The translations under genes and the position numbers were made by a program. A stretch of 64,000 nt of DNA, from the NCBI GenBank assembly GCA_038087875.1, contig CM075989.1, positions 14,634,001 to 14,698,000 on the forward strand, in the 5' to 3' direction. The stretch comes from Malacoraja senta (lineage: Eukaryota). This document shows, one piece after another, positions 51,301 to 64,000 of this stretch. Numbering within the stretch: position 1 is the first letter of the stretch; every line of letters begins with the position of its first letter. Under the pieces are notes generated by a model. The model was given only the letters and a program-made list of their open reading frames with translations, was not told the DNA's origin and made no database searches.

Positions 51301-52929
51301 AGGCAAAGGGAGGTAAGGTCCAAGGTTGAAAGCACTCGATGGATATGAGAAGAGAGTTACCTTAGAGTATGAGTTATGAGAGAAAGTAGTTATATTTTTG
51401 TAAGATTGGGTTATTGAGGGCTATGAGAAAACCAAAACATCAGTAGGGCAGGACCCCCACGTTGTTACTGCATGCAAACTCCACACAGACAGCACTGTCA
51501 GGATTGAATCCGGGTCTCTGAGGCTGCAGCTCTACTAGCTGCACCACTGTGGCATTAGTATCATATTTAATCAAGTTTGGGCAGGCAGGAAGCTATTCAA
51601 TAATAAGCAGCCCGTACTAAATTAACAATTTACTGCTCTTTGATTTTTGCATCACATTTTGTAGGAGTGATGGGCCAATAACAAGTGCAATTTGTCCAAT
51701 TCCCTGCTGCAGTCTCCATCTAAATCACAGTGACAGCCACAGAATGAATTTGTAGAACACAGGTACAAGTATCATTGAATGCGTTGTAAAACCCATTGTA
51801 TGGTTTGCAGCTTTATTCTTTGGAGATCAGCTGAACCAATGGTGGATGTGGTTAAGTGCTGATTATCTGTAGTAGATAGCCCCTAATATTGTTACTAAAT
51901 GAACATCGACAGAAGGGAAATTGTGCTTTCTCTGCACGACTATCGCTGAAGGATTTTAACAGTTGCTGAAGATGGGAGTGAGACAAAAGCTCAACAAGTC
52001 AAATCATCTCATAAAGGCCCATAACTCAGCAATGTGAGTGTTACTATTTTAATCAATTTTGCAAAATTAGTTTCAAATTAGAGTGTAGATGCATTCAATA
52101 AACCTTAGGTTTTATGCAGAAAAATGCTTCTTTCTGAATTAAAATGCAAAAAAGTCTATGCATAGATCTATGCAAAACCTCCTTTGAAAGGTGGGCTGTT
52201 CACAAACTAACACATTTATTACCTTCACTGACATGTGTCAGCAAAATGAAATGTATTTTGAAGGCAGATTTCGTGTATGGCATTAGTAATTCCTATGATA
52301 ATGAATGGAAGAAACATCATTCATCATGCAACAGGTTGACATCTGTCAGCTTTGAGTGATTATATTACCATCCATTCTTCATCATCATAAACTTGAAACC
52401 ACTTGCATCCCAGCCGATCTTTGAAATTTGAAGGAAGGCAGGAAGATTAGGCCCACTCTTTAAAAATCTTAATCTGGAATTTCTTTAGATGGAATAGATT
52501 ATCACAGTGGAAAAGCAATAATCCCAGATTTGTCATTTCATGGAATTATTTTTCTGGCCTGCATCTCTCTGAAATATTTCTATGCAATCCAAATTCTCAT
52601 CAATATGTATAATTTGTAGTTTTTACCCAAACTCTACAGTATGATAGAAATATGTTGCAGGAAATATCAGCAACTTTTCGAGAAATAAGACCCTTTTTCA
52701 ATAGAAAAAATCTGAAGAAGGGTCCCGACCTGTAACGTCACCTATCCATGATCTCCAGAAATGCTGTCTGATTCTGAGTTACTCCAGCACTTTAAGCCTT
52801 TTGCAGTAGCTGTTTCTCAGGTGACAACGTGCTCCTTGTGCCATCAGTCATCTGCATTCTGCTCAAAATTTTTAGCTGATCTCTGTCCCTCAGTACCTTT
52901 AGAAACTTATTTTGTTATCCACGACTCAG

Positions 52930-53720
52930 CCAATTTTTGTGGCATCTGAAAATGTTCTGATCTTACATTCTTATCAAAGTTAGAATTCTTATCTATGTTA
53001 GAAACAACAATAGTCCCGGTCCCATTCCCTGGAGTACACCACTTGTTACAGACTTTGGCAGTAACATGCCAATCCACCACTATCCTCTACCCCCAATCAC
53101 AAAGGCAGTTTTGGCTCCAGTTCACCAACACCTTGGATCCTTTATGCTTTCTGGAGCATCCTACCATACAGGACCATGTCAAAAGCCTTACTGGTCCATA
53201 TGAACAACATTCATTGCCCTATCTTATTCACTATCCTTAGTTACCTCCTCAAAAAAATGCATTCAGATTTGTTTGACATGATCTCCCCTGCACAACACCA
53301 TGCCAACAGCTCATCAGTTCCTGCCTTTCCATGTGAACATAAATCCTGCCCATCAGAATCTTCTTCAATAATTTCTCTATCACTGATGCAAGGCTCTCTG
53401 GCCTGTCTCCAGGCTTGTACTGACTACTTGTTTTGAACAAGAGAACAACATGAACTATCCTCCAGTATTCTGGTGCCTCGTGGCTAGTGAAGATGAAAAA
53501 TCTCCATCAGAACCAGAGCAATCTCCTCCCTTGCTTCCCTTCCCATCCTGGGATAGATCCCATCTGGCCCGGGGATTTTATCCGGCCTAATGTCCTCCAA
53601 TATTTGCAGCATATGCAAGATTTGTAAAAACAAAATCAGTTTGGGCCTTTGAGAAATATAAAGGAAGCAGGAGAGAATCAACAGGAAATTAGGAGGGCTA
53701 CGAGGAGCTATGGAATGCAT
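52930..53720 (-). mobile_element. CR1 LINE RT fragment (degraded)
   Basis: DKIPGPDGIYPRM..EAREEIA, SLASVIEKLLKKIL, HGVVQGRSCQTNL. Confidence 0.78.
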
Positions 53721-56700
53721 TAAAACTAGATGGTAATCGGGGAGAGGGTTGCAGCACTCCAGGATAAAGAAGGGAAGGGGAGGGATTGGAAGGGGTTGTT
53801 CATCTCAGGAGCTTTCTTGGACATTAGAGCAGTCACTGAATTCTTCAACTACAAAAAAAAATCCCAACAAAATTACTTTTATTATTTTGGAGATGTGTTA
53901 GAGCAGAGTTACCAGACAGATATTGTAATGCAGCAGTTGCACCGATAGCAATAAACTCAATTCTCAAGCTCCCAGCCTCAGTCACACATCAGCAGGCTGA
54001 GGTTGCGATTGACATAACATCCGGATTAAAGCATTGTGTAAATCATCAGTTACAGATCCCAAAATATAGCTCTTAACAACAGAAAGATCGTCACTTGCAG
54101 GCATGTGACATTGATATGCTGAACAATCCAGCTTTTATTCCAAATGTAACTGCTGATCTTACACTGAATTTAATAATCTGGTATCATTTTAACAGTTGCA
54201 CATTATTTTATCAATGAAAGCCTGACATTTGTTGCCCATCTTATTTTTCTGACAGTGAATATTGGAAGTGAAGGGGCCATAAGATTCTTGTAGTTCTCAC
54301 TGTCATTTGATGTAATCATGGGTGATCTTCATTTTTAACTTCACTTCCACACCCAATCTTTTCATTTTCCTGATTCCTCGGGATTCCTAAAATGTGATCG
54401 TGGCCTTAATTGTTTTCAAAAATTGATCATCAGGGATCCATTTGGAGAGATTCACTCTGTGAAGAAATTGCCCCTAGTTTGAGACCTAAATGTTTAACCC
54501 TTCATTCTCATACTAAGCACCCCTAGAACTAGACTTAATAACCGAGGGAGTTAATCTCTCATGATCTGTCAAGTCTTTTCAGAATCTTCCAAGTTTCAAT
54601 GAGATTCTAACTCTTACCAACTTCAAAAATAGTCAGCTCTTTATGCTCAGTCCTTTAACTCTGATCTTTAAATTAGTGCAGTAAATCAGAAATGTCCCTG
54701 TCCAACTCAATACCATCAAGGATAAAGCTTCTTGCTCAACTGATACCCCAATCCAACACTAAACACTCACTCCATCCAACACTGACATACAGCAGCTGCA
54801 GCTTGTAACATCTACAATTTGTAGTTACTCTCCCAGGCACCTTGTAAACCCACCGCCTCTCCCACTGGGGAAGACAAAAGTTGCAGGTGCTTGGGAACAC
54901 CACCTGAGCAGGTTTCTCCCCAAGCTGCTCACTTGAAATGCATCACTGTCCTTTCATTTCTGTGGGCCTTAAACCAGGAATTCCTGACCTCACAGCACTG
55001 TGGCCGTTCCTGAAGATTAACACCCTAAACAAGGTTATATAAGCATCATGCTGCTAGTCAACTGGTACATCAACTGGTTTGTAAGCACATTTATTAACTT
55101 CAAATTGAAGGATAGGAAATAGAAATTTCCACTTATTAATACTTGTTTAAGGTGATTAAACAAGAAACTCATTACAACCTGAACACATGTCAATTGGATT
55201 GCAATTGCTCTGCCTGTGAAGGATCACCCAACAGATGCATGTAGGCAGCAGCTGCAAAAAGTGACTTGTGTTGGCATCTGGAAATATTCAAGGCACACAG
55301 GTTCCATTCATTTCAGTCACTAATTCTTCTTCATTGAACCTGCATCTGTCTAGACAGGGGAGCAACAGCAAAATGCAATAGAAATTGCACCCAAAACATT
55401 AAAGATAATGGGGTTTTTTTTCAATAGGCTCAGAAAACACTGCACTGTTGGTGCTTGAATGGCATGAATTACACGTTGTTTTCCCTTGAATCTCCAGTTG
55501 TGTACGTGTGGTGGTAACTGGTCAGTGAGGATGGAGAGGAATCTACAACAGCACTGCTCGACGGCTTCGGTGTAATGTCAACCTAGGTTAATTTATTTAT
55601 CAGTAAATTACTGAAAGACAAACTCCCAGCTCCAGCGCTGGGACCTGTGGACTTTGCAAACAGTGCAGCATTTTATCCAAGCTTGACATTAGAAAGTAAT
55701 TTCGGACACGATGCAGTAAACCTATCATCCCCATTTGTAAAAGGTTACTTCTACTTTTCTTCCAACAATGACTTAATTACCATCTAAACATTGACAACAT
55801 ATATTAGAGTTTAATCACATTAAACCTTCTGATACAGGGACCCCACTTTCACCAGCAAAATTTACACTATTGATAGTAACGCCAAAATAACATCAGGAAC
55901 CAATTCAACCTCTTAATAGATGTTCCTCTTATAATTTGTGTGTGATCATCCCACCAATACCATCCTAATACCATTTAGGTAGCAACACAATCACAGTGGA
56001 TATTTAGACAGCCATTAACGTTATACAGTGGTATAAATTATTTAACCACATTAATGCTGGAATAAGCAAGGTGTGACAAAATTCCCAAAACATTATGGAA
56101 TAGCCCAATGCACCACAGTGGTTTCTTTCACCAGATTCCTGGGGTTCAAGGTGGGGAGAGTACTATAAACCTGGTGGTTGAAGCACCATTGTATTAGCAG
56201 CATCCCCCCCCCCCCTTCCCCTGGGAATGTCCAGACAATAGGCAAGAAAGGGAAACTTATTTCTCGTATGCAAGAGGCCAGTCAAGTCTATGTCAGCCCA
56301 CAGTGCAATGATATTAGTCACATTCCCCCACCTATTTCTCTAATAACCCCTTCTCTCACATGCCCTTTAACTCCACACTAGTGTACTATCGCCCACTTGC
56401 AACTACAATGCCAATGAATCCTTCCATCAGCACATCTTTGGAATGTGGGAGGAAACCAGAGCACTCTGGAGAAATCCATGTGGTCAGAGAGAATGTGCAA
56501 ACTCTACAGGCAGCACTGGTCGTAGTCAATTAGTCACTGGTGCTACGAGGCAGCAGCACTATCTGTTGCCCATCTACTGGAATTGATCCAAACAATTATT
56601 TCTGCACGTTGTAGACAAATTAGACTAGCATTTGAGAAATGCTGAAGTCACCGTGAATCATCTTTTAATTAATCCTTTAAATGAGCCAACGGAATTAATG

Positions 56701-58231
56701 CAAACTCTCTGTTGAAATATGGTACTGTGTCAGTGTTTAAAAATATTAAATTCATTTTCCACCCATTTCAGAAAAAGCAGTTGGTCAAATATTTTGCAAT
56801 GGAAATGTCTAGTTAATGTAATGAATTAACAGATAACTATGTCAAGAATTTCTGTCTCTCATAGCTATTTGACCACTTCTTTGACAGATGTACTCATTTA
56901 ATAAAATGTTTTTCTGGTGCAACTGAAGTTATTGTCATGAGGTGCATAAATGTTCATTTAGTTGTCAAATCAATTACTTCATCACTGAAATTTACCAATA
57001 AAAGATTTGACTGGATGGAGTGTATTGCAGCCTGACTACTCATCCCAGCAACCTCATGGCTGGTTACTAACAAGACACCATCCCGTCTATTTCCCCATTT
57101 AATTCTACTCCAATCAGCTTCCATTATGTGAAGACCACCATTTCAAGAAACAATATAATTTCCAACATTATGGACACCAAAACAGAAAGTTGAGGGGATT
57201 TTGTTTTATTAGAAAGGATATCCTGACAGTACTTTCAGATGATGACTTTAAAACATTGTAAATAGATAACATTTGAGAAAAATACAATAATTTGTATCAA
57301 ATTTAATTACATCTACATTCTAGAATCTTTAAATGCAATGAAATTTAGATCTCCTGAAATTTTGAACTGCAGAACACATTGGGTTTGCCATGGTAATTAA
57401 GAAATCTCTGGTAAAGTGCACTCTGACCTTGCTTTCAATTACCCAACATGTACCAAACCAAGTTTATTTTCTTTTTAAACAAAAAAAGCAAAATAATATT
57501 TTTAACAAGCATTCCATAACTCAACATCACTTAGAATCTAGTCTTTCAATCAAGTATTTGGCAGGTTTTAAACTTTTTGGCATCCCTCCAGTGTAAAAAC
57601 TTGTCAATGCACCAGTAGTTATTTAGGCACATACTTGCAAGGAAGTTTAACAGTGGTTCAGAGAAAGAAAATGAAGCCTAATACATTTTTGTTTTGCTCA
57701 AATCACAAGCACCAAGAATTAGTAGCAAAGCCATAAATAATGATTCCAAGAGCAAGCGAGAATGTTTGATTTTCAGAAGCCCCACTGGTACTATAAAACA
57801 GGAGGGGTGAGGAAAGAGCATAAATGCATGATGTATCAATGAGATCCATGTAAAATCTAGATTATGCAAGCACAGATTGGGCATTTTTGGCTGTTGGTCC
57901 ATACTTATAAAAGCTAGTAAATGCAGTGGCCAAATGTGGCTTGCTTGCGATTCATTTGAGAGATTTTCCACCAACCCATAATAAAACTACTGCTGGGAGT
58001 CAGCCTGACCCGACTTCCTGTAGAAACAAAGAGTACATATCAATTTACATAAGGCATCGGCAACCCCTTTCATTTAATGTTGCACATGGTCCACAAATAA
58101 GTAAATCATTTTGTTCTCATTATACCAAAATATTAGTTTGGTGGACAGCATGCATCTAAGAAACAAAAAGTGTTCAAGTCAATGATCAACAAAAAAAAAG
58201 GGGAGGGGGAGGGGATTCCATACAGATCGAT

Positions 58232-58433
58232 CTAGCAAGCACATTTGCCCTTGTCTTGATCCTCTGCATTTAGATGTTCAGTGGAGTTGTGGCCATTGGA
58301 CCTGACAACCCCTTCAGGTATCCACGATTTGTCCACGCACCGTTCCATGCGCTTCATGATGAGCTCCAACAGTGTCTCCACAACCTTGTTCACGTTGGAC
58401 GCTGTTGCTGCACTTGTTTCAAAGTAGGGTAGG
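58232..58433 (-). CDS. RAB27A: RAB27A last coding exon (upstream exons not found in the window)
   Basis: Acceptor ttttcac[68 protein letters not shown]. Contains the G5 motif ETSA, the RAB27A-type [23 protein letters not shown] stretch and a C-x-C prenylation end. Human RAB27A also lies next to RSL24D1. Confidence 0.95.
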
Positions 58434-59921
58434 CTGTGAAAAAGGGCAAGCTATTAGCTAGAGATAAAGATATATGGAAATACGCTAACTACTTACATTA
58501 AACTATTGACAACAGGACGGTGCACAAATACAGCAATGATCAACAGTGTCTCCGATCGTAACCCAAAACCACAAATTGATCCCCATTGTCAACATGCAAT
58601 CAGGTTTTAATGTTTCTGAACAGCACCAAAACATTAATCCATCCACGAGAATTAAAATCCCAAAAATCTGTAGATACTGTAAATACTCAACAGGTAAAGC
58701 TGCATCCGTGGAAAAGAGAGATAGAATGAATGTCTGAAGAAGGGTCTCAACCCGAAATGTCACCCATTAGTTCTCTTCAAAGATGCTGCCTGTCCCGCCC
58801 GCTGAGCTACTCCAGCATTGTGTGTCTATCAGAATGAATTCAGGATGCATGTATCCGTTTGAGTAAAAGGCGAGACTGACAAGAAAAGCTGGCTGATAAG
58901 AGATATTAAGGCTCTGGTCAGGAAAAAGGTGGCAACAAATGGCAGGTTTAAGCAGAGGGATCAAGCAAATCCCTTGAGGAATATAAGGGATGTAGGATAC
59001 ACTTGAAATTATGAAGGCAACAAATAGGGAAGAGATATCCCTGGTAGATAAGAGAATCTTAAAAGATTCTATCAGTATATTAAGAGCAAAAGCGTAGATA
59101 AGGGGAGATTACGTCCCCTTTAGGATCAGTGTGGTATCCGCATGTGGAACCATGGGAAAATGGTGAGGTCTTCAATGAAAACTTTCATCTGCATTTACTC
59201 AAGAGAAGAACATGGAGGTTGATGAGTTCCCCCTCCCCTATTCTTCTGCCATCCACCTGCACAGTGCAATTTACAGGGGCCATTTATACTACCAGCTCGT
59301 CTTTGGGATAGGGAAAAAAACTGGAGCAACAGGATGAAGCCGATGCAGTCAGAGGGCGATCACACACTGATGGGGTACAAGCTCAGGATTGGAGCTGGGA
59401 CGCTGGAGCTGTTTTAACAGCATTAACCACTGCATCACTGGTACCAAATGGATGCTTCTAGCCTTGGTGACTGTTGAGGAAAAAGGTTCTGAAATGTTCC
59501 CAAATAATTGACAAGAATTTATCCACAAACCTTTTCATACAACATCAGAGCCAACACTGGCATCGGTTGTGTTAATTGCGGTCAAGGACTGGGACTGTGG
59601 CTAATTTATGTCAATAGGGAAATATATATATATTAAATATTAAAACAAAAGGTGCTGGCAACAATTTTAACCTTCAGATTTCATAAGCTGCTGTTTCTCT
59701 GCCTGAACTCTGCTACTGTCACAATAACAAATTATCTCCAGATGAACTCCCGCACACACACGCAAGGTTATTCAGTAATCTCACATCAGCACCGATAGAC
59801 AATTAATTTCAAGTTAACCCCGAGCAAGCAGCAGTGAAACTATATTCACCCAGGGCTACAAACTTCTCACCCGCGAGCTGTAATGGAGAGCAGATAATAG
59901 GCAAATTCTAACCAACCCTCT

Positions 59922-60535
59922 CAAGAGCGGAACTCGCTATCAAAACATGGAGGGGACGGGGGACACAATTTTTTGGCGGCTGCGCGCGCATGCGCACACA
60001 CACACACGCGCGTAAGGCTTCGGAGGCTCAATCCAGCGCTAAATGCAGCTCAACTCTGCCTGTCTCGCCGGGTTAACTACAGCCCTGACTGGACTGACGG
60101 GACACCAGCGCAGCTTCTCCGCGCTGGCCATATTTCCCGCAAGTCCAGGAAGGTTCACCTGGCGGGACAGGCAGAGTTGAGCTGGGATTAGCGCTGCTTC
60201 TCTGCGCTGGCTGTGGGCCTGGGGGCACAGCTCGCGTCTGACTGCCGACCTCTCTGGCCACCCGTGGGATCGATCCTGCCTGCGGATGAGGCGCAGGTCT
60301 GTGCCACGTCTCCCTCCTCCAATCGCCGCACTCTATCCTCAGTCCCCCCCCCCCCCCACTCCTCCCTCCTCCAATCATCGCGCCCTCGATCATCAGTCCC
60401 ACCCCCACAGTCTCGCGGAAAGCGGAGATTTTAAAATACGGATTACAAAAACTTGGGAGGGGATGTCCCCCGCCTCTCAAATCATGGGGGGGACGTGTCC
60501 CCTCTGCCCCCCCCCCCCCCGGGTTTCCGCCCCTG
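59922..60535. mobile_element. GC-rich hAT MITE in the RAB27A intron
   Basis: Ends CAAGAGCGGAA... and ...TTTCCGCCCCTG. 8-bp TSD AACCCTCT at 59914-59921 and 60536-60543. Confidence 0.85.
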
Positions 60536-60889
60536 AACCCTCTGGTTCATCTTCTGGATATGTTGACCCTTCCTTCCCTGTTCCTTTCTTCCCCGTTCCT
60601 TCCTTCCCCAGAATCAATGCACCAGCTCTTTTTTTTTAAAGAGGGGGGTCTGATCATACACACGATTTTTCTTCACTTCCTCATCTCTACCTCTTTACAT
60701 GGTTATGCACATTTCTATAAAGCAACACGATTTGCAAGCTGATTCCGTTCAAACTCGGTGGGTTTTGCATCAGATGAGGTCTGGCTCTCCAGGGTGATAC
60801 ACATTTTCCTGGAGGACACAACTACAAAATGTCTGGCTGAAATGAAACCCAGCTCGATGTGGCCCTACCTCTGCACACAAGCTTCCACA

Positions 60890-61061
60890 TCTGTAATTTC
60901 TACATGGTGAAACCAAAATGTATAAAAATACCTTTTAATAAAATCTGACAATGTGCACTTTAACCACGTGATTTTTTCTATTACAAATCTCAAATTGTGG
61001 ATTACAGAGGCAAATAAATAAATGCTGGGTAATTGTCCCAAACATTATGGAGAACACTGTA
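60890..61061. mobile_element. Tc1/mariner-like terminal fragment
   Basis: Ends ...CCCAAACATTATGGAGAACACTG|TA, a Tc1-type CAGTG terminus plus TA. The other end was not found. Confidence 0.5.
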
Positions 61062-61069
61062 CTTCCATA

Positions 61070-62000
61070 TAACCATATGAAAAAGTTGCCCCTCAGGTTC
61101 CTATTAAATCTTGGCCCTCTCACTTTAAACCTATGTCTTCGGGTTCTTGATTTCCCTCCCCTGGATAAAAGACTGTGCATTCACACTATTTAGTTCCCTC
61201 ATTATTTTATACACCACTATAAGATCAGCCCGCTGCATTCCAAGGAATAATGTCATATCCTGCCCAACCTTTCCCCATATCTCAGGCCCTCAAGTCCTGG
61301 CAACATAGTCATGAATCTTATCTGCATTCTTTCCACTTTAATAACGTCCTTCCTATAACAGGCTGACCTAAACTAACAGTACTCCAAATGCGGCCTCACC
61401 AATGCATTTTACAACTGTAACATAATGTACCCACTTCTGTACTCAATACTCTGATTGATGAAGTCCAATGTATCAAAAGCCTTCTTTACCACCCAATCTA
61501 CCTTTGACACAATTTCAGGGAACTGTACACCTGTATTCCTGGATCCTCTGATCTCCAACACTACAATTCACTGTAAATATCCTGCCCTGGTTTGACTTCC
61601 CAAATTGTAACACTCACTTATCTGCATTAAAACCCATTCGCCATTCCTCCGCCCACTTGCTCAACTGATTAAGATCCTGCAGTAATTTTGCCAATCATCT
61701 TTGCTATCTAGGACATCACCCACTTTGGTGTCATCTGCAAACTTACTAATCAAGCCTTGAACATTCTCATCCAAATCATTGATATAAAACACAAACAGCA
61801 ATGGGTCCAGCACTGATCCCTGATGCATACCACTAGTCACAGACCTCCAGTCTAAAAAAATCTCCCACCTTCTGCTTCCTTCCATGAAGCCAATTTAGTA
61901 TCCAGTTAGCTTGCTCTCCCTGGATCCCATGTGATCCAACTGTCCAGAGCTGCCTTGCAAGCAGAACCTTATCAAAGACCTTACTGAAGTCCATTTGAAC
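61070..62000 (-). mobile_element. CR1 LINE RT and 3' fragment
   Basis: QGSVLDPLLFVFYINDLDENVQGLISKFADDTKVG, containing the RT catalytic FADD. Confidence 0.9.
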
Positions 62001-62539
62001 AAGTTACTTTTTCAAGGGTAAGCCTGACTTTACAGGGTATGTAACTTGAACTCTACGCCCCTTCCCATTCTGTTTTTGGCATCCTGCACTGTTCCATGAA
62101 GCTCAAGGTATGGCTTCTCACTGCTGACCGGGCAGGGTTCAGCCCTCAAAATTCAACGCTGCAAGTCAACAATTTCAGACAACCAGCCATGATAGCCCAT
62201 ATCGAGCCGGCCAGTTCTGAAGAAAGGTCAACTACCTGTAACGTTACCTCAGTATAAAGACAGTTAATTTTTCTGCCACATACGATGGATGATATGGAAA
62301 GTATGCGGAACACAGGATTAGTCATCAATAGCAAAAGGAAAACTGCAGGCAGCTTAGGGACTGAGAAAACTGGCAACAGTGAGAGAAATCGCTTAATAAT
62401 GCACTGATTTAAAATGCAATTCTTCACAGAAAATGAACCCATTTGGAAAATGACACTATCACAAAAAGATTTTTTAATTCTTCTCGAACTTGGTATAATC
62501 AGAATGCAATAAGAAAAATAAACACCTTGAAAGACTAGA

Positions 62540-63280
62540 GGGCCTAGCATTAAAAACAGGAAGGTAGATTACTATCTAAATGGCGTCAAGTTGGGAAAAG
62601 GGGATACAACGGGATCTAGGGGTCCTTGTTCATCAGTCTATGAAAGTAAGCTGTGAAGGTACAGCAGGTAGTGAAGAAAGCGGTTGGCCTTTATAACAAG
62701 AGGAGTCGAGTATAGGAGCAAAGAGGTCCTTCTGCAGTTGTACAGAGCCCTAGTGAGATCACACCTGGAGTATTGTGTGCAGTTTCAGTCCCCTAATTTG
62801 AGGAAGGACATTCTTGCTATTGAGGGATGGCGGGACTGTCATATGCTGAGAGAATGGAGCGGCTGGGCTTGTACACTCTGGAGTTTAAAAGGATGAGAGG
62901 GGATCTTATTGAAACATATAAGATTGTTAAGGGTTTGGACACACTAGAGGCAGGAAACATGTTCCCGATGTTGGGGAGTCCAGAACCAGGGGCCACAGTT
63001 TAAGGATAAGGAGTAAGCCATTTAGAACGGAGACGAGAAAACACTTTTTCTCACAGAGAGTTGTGAGTCTGTGGAATTCTCTGCCTCAGAGGGCGGTGGA
63101 GGCCCGTTCTCTGGATACTTTCAAGAGAGAGCTAGATAGGGCTCTTAAAGATAGCGGAGTCAGGGGATATGGGGAGAAGGCAGGAACGGGGTACTGATTG
63201 GGAATGATCAACCATGATCACATTGAATGGCGGTGCTGGCTCGAAGGGCCGAATGGCCTACTCCTGCACCTATTGTCTAT
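62540..63280 (+). mobile_element. CR1 LINE 3' fragment (young)
   Basis: AFITRGVEYRSKEVLLQLYRALVRSHLEYCVQF, then the 3' UTR and tail. Confidence 0.9.
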
Positions 63281-64000
63281 AATGTGTGAGGGGCAAAATG
63301 TAAAGGAGATGTGCAGATTTTTGGTTTACATAGCAAGTCGTGTGTGGCATTTAATTAGATTAGCACGTGAACATGCAGGGAATGCTTGGACACGGATATC
63401 ATGCAGAATGAGGAGATTAGTTCAACATGACATGTTCAGCATGGACAGTGTGGGCTGAAGGGCCTGTTCGTGTGCTGTACTGTTCTATGTTTTAACCTTC
63501 CTACAGCCAGTTATTTATCTACCTTGCTCAATAAGAGCACATGGAATTTGTGACTAACTTTGGCCCCGTGACTTTATTCAGACACAGGTTGGAAAGAGTT
63601 TAGTTACGATAGTGCCAATTCATGCTTCAATAAATTCTGTAAGGTTGAATTACTCCTAATTTGGTCTCCTGCATTCATGGCTTTAGCTTCACCCCAACAA
63701 AGCCCCTTCAGAGTGTCTCAAATTATAGGACTTTACAAATCCAGTTAAACTGTGATGGAATAATCAATGCCAAAAGTTGACATACAACTCAGTCTGCTGT
63801 TAACAATAATCCCAGGCTTTTAGTTTTGTTTTCACTCTGGTTTGCAGCTTGAAACTACATATGGACTTCACAAATCAAACCTTATCAGCAGGCTGCTGCT
63901 AGGTTTTCAAATACACAAAGTTATTGCCTCGAAATTTGCATGCATTGCTTATTCTTTCTCCAATACATTTGACAATTTTTTTTCCTGGAGCAGAATACAT

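Noticed and set aside
62146..62550. 134-aa minus-strand ORF containing IVCGRK as a possible upstream RAB27A exon
   Set aside because: It lacks the expected DIVLCGNKxDL G4 motif and has no other similarity.

Overview
Vertebrate genomic DNA, most likely a cartilaginous fish such as a skate or ray (inferred from the HE1-type SINE, CR1 and Penelope repeats). Two genes are supported, both on the minus strand. RSL24D1 is complete: six exons, ATG at 51143, stop at 44502, 163 aa, all introns GT-AG with matching phases. RAB27A is represented only by its last coding exon (58232-58433). Bases 1 to about 44000 are gene-free and repeat-dense: a Gypsy LTR remnant lacking its integrase core, many HE1-like tRNA-derived SINEs, CR1, Rex1/Babar and Vingi LINE fragments, hAT and PIF/Harbinger MITEs with clear TSDs, and a 24-bp minisatellite. 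The most interesting signal is a family of at least 15 short Penelope-derived insertions carrying a minimal type I hammerhead ribozyme core (CUGAnGA-A-stem II-GAA-ACGU-H). Several have 9-14 bp TSDs or inverted arms, and one intact core lies in sense orientation in RSL24D1 intron 1. Exon and TSD coordinates were counted by hand; LINE and SINE boundaries are approximate.
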